Assembly: GCA_951406725.2 (NCBI GenBank)
Contig: OX597824.1
Span: forward strand, 39,122,001-39,186,000
Direction: 5' to 3'
Source of the DNA: Octopus vulgaris
Taxonomy: Eukaryota
DNA length: 64,000 nt
Under the pieces are notes generated by a model. It was not told the DNA's origin. It worked only from the letters and a program-made list of their open reading frames with translations, and did not search any database. Position 1 is the first letter of the stretch, and every line of letters begins with the position of its first letter. The translations under genes and the position numbers were made by a program. Positions 26,903 through 39,748 of the stretch are shown one piece after another.

Positions 26903-27166
26903 ATATTTTTAAATGTCTTACTTTGAAAAATTGCATTCGGTGGGATTAGTAAAATTTTTGGTAGAAATGACTAATTGTCCCTCTTAGCGTGTGGCATGTA
27001 TGTATAATGCCCTCAGGCATGTATGTATAATGCCCTCTATATATAAATTAATATGTTCAATAAGAAATAATTATTTTCGAAATTTTTTCTCTTATGAGGT
27101 CTTTCACGCTATCTACCTGACAATTTCTTGTTAAGTTTTCCTTATTAAGTAGTTGTCCTTAATTGC

Positions 27167-27234
<68 letters not shown>

Positions 27235-27237
<3 letters not shown>

Positions 27238-28539
27238 GCAGTATCGCCCGGCGTTGCTCGGGTTTGTAAGGGAAATAACTATATAAGCATTTTTAGAGAG
27301 TTATAGCAAAAAAATGCATTAAAAATGGAATAAAAAATGATGATAATTTTTTTTTTAATCGTTGACTCATCGTAGACATTTTTAGAGAGTTACTTCCCTT
27401 ATATAATAGCGAAAAAATGCATTAAAATGGAAAAAATGATGGTAAGTTTTTTTATAAATCGTAGACTCATCGTAGACGCGCGCTAATACCCAGAAGGGCT
27501 CGATATGAATCACGACTATAAGATACTCGGTTTTGGTTAAACTGCACCGCAAAATGTGGGAGTAGTTAGGAATCTAAATCGTAGGAGACAGACACACAAA
27601 TTCACTTTTATATATAAAGATTTGTGCAACAACTAAAACATTCGGTTGCGCAAATTGTTTGCACAGGAAACCTGCCCTGTGTGGCGGTTTTTGCCGTTTT
27701 TGTGGATCTGTTTCAGCTTTTTTAGCGATTTCTGTTTTGGCGACTTCAAGCCATGAAGTCATGGTTCTAAAAGAACGCTGGCCTCCTTGACAACGCTTTA
27801 CGACGTTGATTTCCTTACACTCCCTTCCCCACAGCTTCACGAGGGAGGGAAGAAGGGGGAGAAGCAACACAGGTGCAGGTGTGAGCATGGACGCCAACTC
27901 CGCCGCCATCGACACACGGATAAAATATGCCTTAAAATGGAATAAAAAATGATGGTAAATTATTTTTAAAATCGTAGACTCATCGTAGACGCGCGCTAAT
28001 ACCCAGACGGGCTCGATATGAATCACGACTATAAGATACTCGAATTTGTTTAAACTGCACCACAAAATGTGGGTGTAGTTAGGAATCTAAATCGTAGGAG
28101 ACAGACACTAACACAACTTCACTTTTATATATATAGACTAGCAGTATCGCCCGGCGTTGCTCGGGTTTGTAAGGGAAATAACTATATAAGCATTTTTAGT
28201 GAGTTATAGCAAAAAAATAGCAAAAAATGCATTAAAAATGGAATAAAAAATGATGGTAATTTTTTTTTAATCGTTGACTCATCGTAGACATTTTTAGAGA
28301 GTTACTTCCCTTATATAATAGCGAAAAATGCATTAAAATGGAATAAAAAAATGATGGTAAATTTTTTTTTTAATCGTAGACTCATCATAGACGCGCGCTA
28401 ATACCCAGAAGGGCTCGATATGAATCACGACTATAAGATACCCGGTTTTGGTTACACTGCACCGCAAAATGTGGGAGTAGTTAGGAATCTAAATCGAAGG
28501 GGACAGAGATTCACACAACTACAGTTTTATATATATAGA
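27235..28539 (-). mobile_element. Tandem array of non-autonomous Helitrons
   Basis: Units 27235-27620, ~27622-28137 and 28138-28539; direct CTAG|TC junction at 28138/28137. Confidence 0.88.
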
Positions 28540-28547
28540 TATATATA

Positions 28548-30382
28548 CCAGCAGAAGTACCCGGCGTTGCTCGGGATTAAAATACTACAATGTTTTTAAT
28601 ACTTAGTAAATTTCTTTTGTAATATATTACGTTAACGCAAAATTGTAACAAAATTGGTCGCCGAGTACCGTGGAAGCCAAGCAGTAATAGTTTGATACGA
28701 AGTCCTGTGATGGGCTGTAATACGTTTTCAGATAGTGCAACGATCACGGGTGAAGTAGCCCTGAAAAGGGCGCTTCTATCGTTCTCACAGTGGTAACAAT
28801 TTGATAAGAAGCTCTGAAAAGAGCTGTGATACATTTTCAGGTGGGGTAACAATTGTATGTAAAGTGGCCCTGAAAAGAGGCTTTTTTCGTTTACAGCGAA
28901 AGCAACAGTACTGTTGCTGTGAGATGTGAAACTGCGAAAACAGATGACAAATCTAGGTTGTACAAAGGAAAAGAAATATGGTTTCACGAATTTGAAAGCA
29001 GTTGGCGCATAAAGTGCCTACAACATGGCTCACCCTCCTTCTTTTGGCAACCGAAGCAGACTCTGTTTTACGACCAAGGCGCGTCCTTTTCTAATGTGGC
29101 ATGGCGGTAGTATTGGACTCTGTTTAAATTGCGAGTTCTAAAAAAATAATATACGTCAAATGGTAGGCCTAAACTGTAAGCCGAAGCGCGTATCAGATAT
29201 GCACAAAAGCGCATCAATAATTACGATTTGATACTGGCTTGATCAGGTGAAGAGTGTTCCACCAATAAAATTCAGTCACAGAAATAACTGGACGGGCTCA
29301 TTACAGTGGGCAATCAATAGAGTTAACACGCATAGGCCAAAGGTTACGTTCACAGTTCACCCTTATTGGCAGAGCATTGACATTATGTCAGTAAGGAAAA
29401 TGGTGGTGAAAAGGGGGCATTAGGATGGTCAGAGATAATGGAGGAGGAGGTGAAGTGAGTAAACACTGAGGACGAGGTAATAGCAGTCATTCACACCAAA
29501 TAAGATGATTGAAGTGGGAGAGATCAAAAATGGGGGTGCGCATTAATAGTATTCACGCCCTCATGTCAAAGGTCATGCTCGCAAATTACCCCGTCCTATC
29601 ACACAATGAGCGGAGGGTAATTAAAGAAAATTTGTACTGAAGTGGGGGGAGGGGTATCATGACCGTAGGCGATAATAAGTGGGGTTAAATAAACACTAAT
29701 GTACACAGATCAAGTCAGCGAGGTAAAACTGCCCCACAGTCCTTGGCGCGTGAGTAAACGGCAGAAGTTGTAAGCAAAAATTCAAGTTTAATCCAGCAAT
29801 TTGCAAATTCAATGCGAATAAACTTGACAAAACATTAGTTTAAAATAGTCAATTAAGCGTGGGTAATATTCTTGCCAAATTTGGAGGGAATCGATTTTGA
29901 AACTGCCGAAGTTGTTGGACAAAAATCGAATTTTACGAACTTATTTGCAGACTTTTCCCATTCAACGCGAATTAACTTGATAAAAAGATAAGTTTAAAAC
30001 GATTCTTAAAGCATGAGTAATGTTTGTGCCAAATTTGGAGCGAATCGATTAGAATTGCGGAAGTTATTGGCAACCCCCCCCCCCGATTTTTACGCAGTTA
30101 TTCGCGGATTTTTCAAAATTAACGTGGATGACCATGACAAAATTTCAAGCGAAACAATTCTTATGTCATGAGTAATGTTTGTGTCAAGTTTAGAGGAAAC
30201 CGCTCAAAAAACCAGGGTAAAAAACAGGTTTTCTGATGTGGGGTGTCTGGAAAATATAAAGTAAATCATGTAAATCATGTAAATCATAAGTTATCAGTGT
30301 GTCAAGTTTCAGAGAAATTGGTTGAAAAATGTAGAAATTCGTAAAGAGGAAATACATACTCACACAAACAGACAGACATCTG

Positions 30383-30390
<8 letters not shown>
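28548..30390 (-). mobile_element. Longer non-autonomous Helitron
   Basis: 3' hairpin cccgagcaacgccggg + CTGG; preceded by IKNIVVF*, similar to RepHel C-termini; internal degenerate repeats (caaatttggag.gaatcg); 5' boundary approximate. Confidence 0.7.
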
Positions 30391-30464
<74 letters not shown>

Positions 30465-30499
30465 CATGTACGTTTGTATGAGTGTATCTATATAGTGAA

Positions 30500-30690
30500 C
30501 ACTTCAGCACACCGGGCAAGATACTGAGCCGAATTTCGCCTGTCATCATGTTCTGAGGTCGACTTTGCCTTCCATCGTTTCGGGATCGATAAATTAAGTA
30601 CCAGTGAAATTCTGGGATTGATGTAATTGAATAATCCCCTCCCCAAATATTTCAGGCCTCGTGCCTATTATTGAAAGGATTATTATTATT
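30500..30690 (+). mobile_element. SINE family A (5' truncated)
   Basis: gaggtcgactttgccttccatc...aagtaccagtg...gaaaggattattatt. Confidence 0.75.
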
Positions 30691-30719
30691 ATCATTTTGG
30701 AAAGTGTCAGCTGTCCACA

Positions 30720-31185
30720 GTCAGCACGCTAAGGTGACACTTGTGTACTATCTTTACCTTTCCACCAATATTTTTGAGTCATGTTGGTAGCTGAGCGCGG
30801 ATACTTCCAGGCGCGCCAATTACTGCGGACATCACGTCCACTCTCTTCATTGCCCATAACCTGCATATTTTCCAATTCAAATTGCCATAGATGTTCCGTT
30901 TTTCATCTTTTCCTTTGATACTGTTGTTACCGGGATATACTTTGTCAATTATCATACAAGTTTTTCTTTATTGTTCACCACAGCACTGTCAGGTTTCCAA
31001 CATTTGATTACATTTAATCATTGCAACCAACAAGATTTTGTAGACTTTATTCTCGATAACACCTGGGATTTGGTCATAACAGTCTTCATTTTCGGTAATA
31101 CCTCCAGGGATTTGGTCATACCAGTTTTCATTCTCGGTAATACCTCCTGGGATTTGGTCATACCAGTCTTCATTCTCGGTAACGC
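30720..31185 (-). pseudogene. R4/Dong-like LINE restriction-like endonuclease fragment (copy 2)
   Basis: WYDQIPGVIENK.YKILL...IKCN...PDSAVVNNKEKTCMIID..YPG...LW.MK.V....VIGAPGSI. Confidence 0.7.
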
Positions 31186-31199
31186 ACAACATATTAAAT

Positions 31200-31790
31200 T
31201 GCTGGACAAGAAGAATTCCTAACATCTGGCTACAACAAGTAATCTTAAATACCAAGAGCTCTCTTAAATATCCTCATAACACTTGGAGCTACAGTAGACT
31301 AATTTTTATCCCCATTTCCTCTATCAATCTGTTCAAATCTCCAGGGATAGTTCTTAATCCACCTATAACTACTGGGATATGTTTTACCTGCACTTTCCAT
31401 AGCCTATGTAGCTCAATGGCTAGGTCCTGGTACTCTGCTATTTTCTCTATACCTCTCATGTTGACATTTTCATCATTGGGGACTGTAAAGTCAATTATCT
31501 GGCACTTTCTGTTCTCTTTGTCTGCTACTACAAAATCAGGCCTGCAAGGTTTTATTACTCTGTCAGTCTGGATGTTAAAATACCACAACATCTTATATTA
31601 CTTAATTCCTATGCCTTCAGTATGTTCATGTTCATACCATTTATTTGTATGGTCAAATCCTAGCTTTCTACACAACTCCCAATAGATTATTCTCCTTAGG
31701 TTGTCATGTCTTTCTTTTGTATTCTTTGTATTCTTCCTGTGCCAGCATGATACATTCATTGACTATATGAGTAACACTTTGTTAACTCAG
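31200..31790 (-). pseudogene. R4/Dong-like LINE CCHC + restriction-like endonuclease fragment (copy 1)
   Basis: VTHIVNEC.MLAQ.EY..RHD...YWELC; LW.FNIQTD.VI...RPD..V.DK...CQIIDF.VP; EKI..YQDL..E..RLW...IPVVIGGL. Confidence 0.85.
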
Positions 31791-32104
31791 ACAATGACCT
31801 CCAGCAACTGGATGGTTTTAGTGTCTGTATCTGTTGACCCGATTACTTCTGCTGTGAATAAGGTCAAGCAAAAGAACCAAACTATCCACCCCGACAGCTG
31901 CATACTCAAATAGCAAAATATATCCCACATCACCACACACACCTCAATCTCCTTATAACTACTGTTCATTCCTCTCTTTCTATTTCCTTCCACCCATCCC
32001 ATCCCATCCCCAAATACACACAGAAATGCCCACATCCCCCACTCAAACTTCTCATTTGTCAAAAGTGGTAAACAACCCTCAGTTAAACATCCATTAATGC
32101 TATT

Positions 32105-32229
32105 TCGCCTGAAGAAGTGAGTACATGAATATGATCTACCCGATGTTCATGGATACTACGGACTGCGCTGTAATCATCCCAGGAATACAGGAATAAGAAT
32201 CATGTGATTTGTGGAAACGCGCGTAGCGA
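32105..32229 (+). ncRNA. Hammerhead motif with ~100-nt stem II insertion
   Basis: tcgc-CTGAAGA...GAAAC GCGC GTA-gcga; stem II pairing is unclear. Confidence 0.55.
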
Positions 32230-32271
32230 TCCATTAGATTATTTATAAATTCCATCCAAGGATTATTATTG

Positions 32272-32314
<43 letters not shown>

Positions 32315-32369
32315 AGTGAATGGAATAAATGGAGTTGAACGAAGATTGTACAGAATACCTTTTATTACA

Positions 32370-32449
32370 TTCTACACATGTTTCGAAGGCCGCAAATTTC
32401 CAAATTCTGTTTAAATAAGGGTACCCTATTGCGGCTTTCTCTTCAGGAA
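32370..32449 (-). ncRNA. Type I hammerhead motif
   Basis: ttc-CTGAAGA-gaaagccgcaa...ttgcggccttc-GAAAC ATGT GTA-gaa. Confidence 0.75.
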
Positions 32450-32564
32450 AAAAACAGGAATTCCGTTGACAGGACAAAACAAAACAGAGGCACAGCATTC
32501 GAACGAAGATGCTCCTTAGGAGCCCATGGCTGAACTCTGGGTATTGCCCCTTTTCATGTAGCTA

Positions 32565-32990
32565 ATAAGCGGACAGCTTTATTCTTATTTTTATAAGAAT
32601 GCCATATTAGTATGGCGATAACTATTATTTTCCGGGAACGCTGCCGTGTTCTCTTTTAGAGAGACTTAGTAATTTTAATATTTCTATTATTGAAAACAAG
32701 TGGATGTATTCCACCGAAACTAGGTAAACAAAACCTTCGAACAGAGATTATCGGAAGCGACACCTACTGGTCTGACTACGCTACATTGAAAAGGGGCAAT
32801 ACCCCGAAACGCGTCTGTAGCTGTCGGTCAAGTAGTGTGGAGCGACTGACCTCCCTTGTTCGAAGGTTATATGGATACAGTTTGTGTATCAAATAGCTAA
32901 CTTAAGGCGTTGGCCTCATGGAGTTTATAAGCGGACAGCTTTATTCTTATTTTTATAAGAATGGCATATTAGTATGGCGATAACTATTAT
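32565..32990 (+). mobile_element. Retrozyme-like 362-bp unit with 64-bp terminal redundancy
   Basis: 32565-32628 repeated at 32927-32990; central HHR; ends in (TA)n. Confidence 0.7.
32780..32821 (+). ncRNA. Minimal hammerhead with U3-A8 core variant
   Basis: gctaca-TTGAAAA-gggg caata cccc-GAAAC GC GTC-tgtagc. Confidence 0.75.
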
Positions 32991-33040
32991 ATATATATAT
33001 ATATATATATATAATAGTTATCGCCATACTAATAGTTATC

Positions 33041-33228
<188 letters not shown>

Positions 33229-33610
33229 TGGAGGCGCAATGGCCCAGTGGTTAGGGTAGCGGACTCGCGGTCATAGGATCGCGGTTTCGATTCCCAGACC
33301 GGGCGTTGTGACTGTTTATTGAGCGAAAACACCTAAAGCTCCACGAGGCTCCGGCAGGGGATGGTGGTGATCCCTGCTGTACTCTTTCACCACAACTTTC
33401 TCTCACTCTTACTTCCTGTTTCTGTTGTACCTGTATTTCAAGGGGCCGGCCTTGTCACTCTCTGTGTCACGCTGAATATCCCCGAGAACTACGTTAAGGG
33501 TGCACGTGTCTGTGGAGTGCTCAGCCACTTACACGTTAATTTCACGAGCAGGCTGTTCCGTTGATTCGGATCAACCGGAACCCTCATCGTCGTAACCGAC
33601 GGAGTGCTTC
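33229..33610 (+). mobile_element. tRNA-derived SINE family B
   Basis: A box TGGCCCAGTGG, B box GGTTTCGATTCC; tail shared with 35757-36105 and ~50850-51020. Confidence 0.85.
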
Positions 33611-33751
33611 AAAACATCCATATATTATCTTTTATCTTTTATTTGTTTCAGTAATTAGACAGAAACAAAAAACAAAAAAGATTAAAGATACTATGTATAT
33701 GTGTGTGTGTGTATATATATATATATATGAGTGTATGTGTGTGTGTGTAAT

Positions 33752-33908
33752 ATAATAACTGGCAATTGTTCGGTTGCCATAATAAGACCCCGAGTTTCGT
33801 ATGTCGGGGCAATCAAAATATCTTGAAGAGATGCCGGAGCAGGTTTCCGCCGTGACATCCGAAACTCAGAGTCTTATTATGACAACCGAATAATTGTCAC
33901 ATGTTATA
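33752..33908. repeat. Palindrome with decayed hammerhead halves
   Basis: Arms ttcggttgccataataagac..gagtttcg / cgaaactc..gtcttattatgacaaccgaa; right arm TTGAAGA-gatg...catcc-GAAACTCAGAGTC. Confidence 0.65.
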
Positions 33909-34334
33909 TTACAGATAAATTCCTCTATTTACATAATATCGAGGTCTCTTTCATACTTTTTTTTATCTTACCATTACTATTAATATATATATATATATAT
34001 ATCAACTGGAAACAAGCGTTCTCAGATTTAGCACATGCGGTGTACGAAGTCTATTTTCTGCTTTTCGGCACAAAAAAAAAAAAAAAAATTCTGAAATAGG
34101 AAGTTAGAACGTGAGATATCTTTCCGTTTATATTCAGCCTTCTAAAGACGTGTCTATGAACGTTGAAATATTGACAAATGCAGAGGTGTTTGCAATTTGT
34201 TACCTTGTATACCGTATTTAATTTGAAGTATATTTAGTTCTTGTATCATAGTTCTATTACTTATGCTGTTGCCTTGTTGTTTTTTTCTCTCTTTTTGTGG
34301 CGAGAAAGAGAGAAAGTAAAACAGAGAGAGAGAA

Positions 34335-34374
<40 letters not shown>

Positions 34375-35101
34375 AAAAAAGCAATCAATAAATTAATGCC
34401 ACACGCTGTCGTCGTCATCCAAATGGCAGCCAAAGCTTGCTTCACAACCCTCTTTATCCATTATTACCACCACCAGCATTCCAATTTTTCGATGCATTCA
34501 CTCAACAAGTTAAGTCAGCAATCACAACAATTATCACCTATCATCACAATGACAACTACTACAACCACCAACCACTAACCACGAACAAACAGCATTCATC
34601 AGCTGTATCATGTCAATCATCTTTACCAAACCCGCCTACACAATTACCATCACCACCACCGTCACCACCACCACCACTGATACTAACAGTAGTATCTCAG
34701 CAGTCACTCATTATCTCTAACTCTGCAACAACTCCTACCATCGTAACTTCAACCACTACTACCGTCATAAACACCACCAACATCGTAAGTGGAATTATCA
34801 CTAGAGTCACTACTACCTCTCGGTCTACCACAACCACGCCGACCACCACCGCTACTACCTCCGGTAGAACCACTATCACTCTCACCAATTACATAACTGC
34901 CACTATCACTAACACCACTACCACTACCATAACCACCGCCGATACCATCGTAACCACAGTCAAGTATAATAGGACTATCTCTGCTATCGCCCCGAAAGGA
35001 CAAAAGTCAAAGTTGACATCAGCGGCATTTGAACTCGGAATGTATAAACAGTTACTAACGCTAATATCGCCACCACAACCATTATATACGCATAGACACA
35101 A

Positions 35102-35136
<35 letters not shown>

Positions 35137-35154
35137 CACACACCCACACACACG

Positions 35155-35314
35155 ATTTACTTCTTTCAGTTTCTATCTGCCAAATTCACACAAAATGATT
35201 TGGTCGGCTCGGGGTTATAATATAAGCCACTTAATCAAGCTACTGCGTAGTGAGACTGAACATATGACCATGTGATGATGAAGCAAGCTTCTTACCACAC
35301 AGCCATGCCTGCGC
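35155..35314 (-). mobile_element. SINE family C (ggcatggctgtgtggtaagaagcttgcttc head)
   Basis: Copies at 48141-48305 and 56986-57150. Confidence 0.75.
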
Positions 35315-35756
35315 ATTTTCGCAATTTATTCTAAATATGCACTATAGATATGTGGTGAATACTTCAAATAACTGTATTCTAAGGGTATTGCAAATGTATG
35401 TATGCATTTTTATGTAACTGTGAATATCTATCTCTCAGTATATATACTCATACATGTATACATTCAATATCCCCGTCCCTTTTATATGTCTTTTTCACGC
35501 TCTTTGACGCTCAACTGCTGTTCTTCCTACATATCACTTTCTGATGTACTTTTCCAATTATCATTTTCTACTTTACCCACTTGTAGTTTGTCTCCAGCGC
35601 AATAGAAAGTTGGCTATGATAAGAATGATTGCATGTATTTACATATCTTCTGTTAGTATCTTATTTTTCATGTAGAAAAAAACTTTTTAAATGGTTTGAA
35701 AAGAGTAACATACTGATTAAGTAATCTACAATACCCTTCGCATCCCCTGTGTATAT

Positions 35757-36105
35757 GGAGGCGCAGTATGGACGAATAGTTAAGAAATTCGATTCGCAAC
35801 CTCGAAGTTCGATCCTTCTGCCTAATAACCTGAGCAAGCAAAATTTTCCAGAATCGCGAGCTGAACCATTCTTTGTGAACGAAACTGGGTAGATGGAAAC
35901 TGAACTGAATCGAGTTGAGCGAATTTTGTTTGTAATTCAAATGGTATGCCCTTCTAAAACTTCTGCTATGCTGATTCTATCCGAGAAAATTACATTAAGG
36001 GTACATGTGTATGTAGAATGCTCAGCTATTTACATGCTAGTTCAGGAAAAAATAATTCAGTAAATTGAACACGTGAATCCTCATCAACAAACGATGGTGA
36101 TCCAC
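35757..36105 (+). mobile_element. Diverged SINE family B
   Basis: tggaggcgca head, gttcgatcc B box, shared tail. Confidence 0.6.
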
Positions 36106-36663
36106 CACTCACCCTAGAAAGAACTACATGGTTCCTTAGGCAATTTTTCGCTTTATTTCATCATTATTTTTATTTAGTAACATTTTCCAAGCAACGTAAA
36201 ATTTCCGTACAATTCTTTTTTCTGTTCTGACTTCATATTTCTAACTTGTAATGCCTTTCTTTCAACATAGGTTTTTTTATGTTAAAGAACCTTTCAATTA
36301 TTTGATGTTTTAGTTCTTTTCAATTTACCATAGAATCTAGAATATCTTTGCTTTTTTGATCTGTCAATAGTATTCGGTTTAATTTTTTCCCCCTACATTT
36401 TTATTGTTGCATTCTGTCGGTTAATTAGCTTCGCTTTGAGGTATAATTGAGGGAATTTCTTTTTTCTAAATAGTCACATGTATTACATTCTTAAATCTAA
36501 TGTTAAACATTACGTTTGGTTCAAAAGAAGGAATAGCATATATTCAGGTTAAGCAGCTCTCCCAAGTAAATTAATCAATTTCAAGTTATTTTACATGCTC
36601 GTGAGAAAAGCTTATAGCAACGCTCCTAGCTACCTTTAAGATAGCGTGCTAGTGTTTTGACAT

Positions 36664-36700
<37 letters not shown>

Positions 36701-36701
36701 G

Positions 36702-36771
<70 letters not shown>

Positions 36772-36774
36772 TAT

Positions 36775-37103
36775 AAGAGCCTTTCGATAACGATTGACCT
36801 TATGATTGCACCTAGACAATCCCAATCCGAGGCACAAGTCTGGATAAGTTTGTGGAAGAGAAGCAGCCGCCGCCCATGCATACCAGTTTCCCATCTCCAA
36901 ACAACCGCTGTCGTCCAAAGGAAAGGCAAAGATACAGTTTGGCACCAGTGACGTCGCAACTCGTTTCTACAGCTGAGTGAACTGGAGCAATGTAAAATAA
37001 AGTGACTTGCTCAAGAACACAACTCACAACCCGGTCCGCTAATCGAACTCTCAACATCAAGATAGGAAGACCGATGCTGAAACCACTGAGACATGCGCCT
37101 TCA
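36775..37103 (-). mobile_element. tRNA-derived SINE family E
   Basis: Minus strand gaaggcgcatgtctcagtgg...gagttcgatt...cttgagcaagtcactttattt; same family as 48925-49183 and ~38085-38210. Confidence 0.8.
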
Positions 37104-37151
37104 CTGTGTACACACATACACACAGATATACAGATGTATATGCAGACATAC

Positions 37152-37206
<55 letters not shown>

Positions 37207-37718
37207 TGTGTGTATTTGTCAGTGTGTGTGTTATATATGTGAGAACATACACATGTAAATTTATCGTACATGAAAAGATATATATACACACATGCATACA
37301 TATATATTTGTATGTATGCATGTTTGGCGTGTGTGACGTACGTACGTACATGAAAGTACGTCTGTAGGTATGTAATGAATATACTCTTAAAATATATAAG
37401 CATTTTTTAAATATTTTTCGAAGTTTAATCAATTCGTGATTATTAGAAGATATATTTCCCTTCCCTTGCTGTAGTTCTAATATATCGTGAAATGATTTTA
37501 TTTCCTTCAGCTGTCACGATTTAAGTTGCACTTTGAAGGAGTCCTCAAAAGGCAGGAATTAACCCATAAAAAATACGCACAATGCGGTTTTCAGTCAAAT
37601 GTGACTGAAATACTGCATGCTACATAAATTAGAGTACAGAGACTGGCCGCAAAAGGTCGAAACACATATCTTCATTAGTCAGTTATAGACACCCAGGTGC
37701 GCGAATCCCCGCCTTATA

Positions 37719-37764
<46 letters not shown>

Positions 37765-38407
37765 CATATCAAAGGAAAATGGAAATTAATTAAAATTTTC
37801 ATTTCCAGAGGCCTAATGTGTAAAAATTTAGTCCAAAAACTATGTATTAGTCATAAAATACGGTGTACATTTAAACACATAAGGAATCCACTCGTGGGAT
37901 TCGACACGCTAGAAAGAACAGCTAGGTTCTATAACCACAAAATTAGGAATAAAATTCGACAGGGACGAAATGAAAAAATAAAATCATTTTGCCATCTAGT
38001 TTCCTGGACCAATTGGTTTCTGATTTAATTTAGCAAGTAAAATAACATATACTCGCTAGGTGAAATCCCACGAGTGGATCAAGGAGCAATGTTTTGCTCA
38101 AGAGTACACAGCACTACCTGGTACACAGCACTACCTGGTCCGGGAATTGAACCTACGATCTCGCTATCGTGAGTGCAACAACCAAACCATCCGGTCGTGT
38201 GCCCTTACAAGGTTAAATCTACTACCCTAGTAAGCTACAGAACGTAAAAGGCCAAAAGAAGAAAAAAAACTGAAAGTCATCAAGTCAACGCTCAAACAAT
38301 TTATATTCACTTAATCCATCACAATACACTTGAAATTTATGTTATCTGGCCCCAGAAAGAAGGAGGGCAATGCTGCTGACCAAATTAATATTTGAATTCA
38401 GGTAAAT

Positions 38408-38610
38408 CGGTGAGCTGGCAGAATCGTTAGCAGGCCGGACAAAATGCTTTGTAACATTTCCTCTGGCTTCGCGTTTTCAGTTCAAATTTCGCCGAGGTCA
38501 ACTTCAATTTCTCTCCTTTCTGGATCGATAAAGTGAGTACCAGTTGAACGGTGGGGTCGATAAAATCGACAAGCCTCTCTTCTAAAATTTCATACCTTCC
38601 ACAAACATAG
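38408..38610 (+). mobile_element. SINE family A
   Basis: ggtgagctggcagaatcgttagc...gccgaggtcaac. Confidence 0.8.
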
Positions 38611-38870
38611 AAAGACATATTTGAAATCAGAGAGTCAGGAGAATCACTGCTAAGATTTTGCCATACATTCAAACCACCTCGCCAAATTGCCCCATTAAAT
38701 GTTGCTGTGATATCAAAAGCTGTAAAATAAATAGTAGGGCTGTTTCCAAAATAGGAACTTAAAAGGCCATAAAACTTAAGCCACTCCTTACTAGATAAGG
38801 TTTTATCATTGTCACTTCGATCCGAAACATTCAGTTCCAGTTGCACTTCCTTTTCTCTTTCCTTCTAAAA

Positions 38871-38916
<46 letters not shown>

Positions 38917-39267
38917 TGAATCTGTATGTATGTATGTATGTATGTATGTATGTATGTATGTATGTATGTATGTATGTATGTATGTATGTATGTATGCACG
39001 GTATATTCTAATTAGTTTCGAAGACATCGAAATGACCAAAACAGATTTATGGAAATCTAATCAAATTTCTAAATATGTTAGATTCATATTAACTTAGCCT
39101 TTTTGACGAATAGTATACGTTATCTAGATTGTGAATCCTGTTGCTACTACGAGCAAACGTGTGTGTGTGTATGTCTGTGTGTGTGTGTGTGTGTGTGTGT
39201 GCTGCGTGCGTGCGTGTGTATGTCTGTGCATATAGTTAGGCATATTGATACACACTTGTACGTCCAT

Positions 39268-39298
<31 letters not shown>

Positions 39299-39386
39299 TA
39301 CACATTAATATATACATACTTATATACGGACATATGTATAGATCTGCGTCTGCCTGTGTATGTCTTTCCATGTGTGTATTTATGCG

Positions 39387-39418
<32 letters not shown>

Positions 39419-39583
39419 CATACATACATACATACATACTACAGAGAGAAAAAGACAGACAGATAGAAGGATAGATAAATAGAGAGAGAGAGAGAGAAAC
39501 AAAGAGAGAAAGGGAGAGAGAGAGGGGGGGAAAGAGAAAGAGAATTCCAGTTGCGTGTTCGCAATAATCCACTATTAATAACA

Positions 39584-39635
<52 letters not shown>

Positions 39636-39717
39636 CAGGCAGACAGATAGATAGGTAGATAGATATACATGTATGTACGTACATCTATATATATGTTTAT
39701 ATGTGTGTATATACATG

Positions 39718-39748
<31 letters not shown>

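Larger units (their letters stand above)
25911..27171. mobile_element. Retrozyme-like non-coding element: 1.6 tandem units (minus sense) plus one inverted, terminally redundant unit
   Basis: 475-bp period (gagggcatt at 25921 and 26396); inversion junction at ~26667-26671; one HHR per unit; (TA)n on both flanks. Confidence 0.88.

Noticed and set aside
31050-31182. CRISPR-like or repeat-protein array
   Set aside because: Contiguous 42-bp tandem copies derived from LINE coding sequence; no spacers
33229-33305. tRNA gene
   Set aside because: A and B boxes present but no proper acceptor stem, and it continues into a multi-copy SINE body
34437-35198. 253-aa Thr/Pro-rich mucin-like ORF
   Set aside because: Arises from degenerate (ACC/ACT)n and runs into SINE and microsatellite sequence; no clear ATG or splice context
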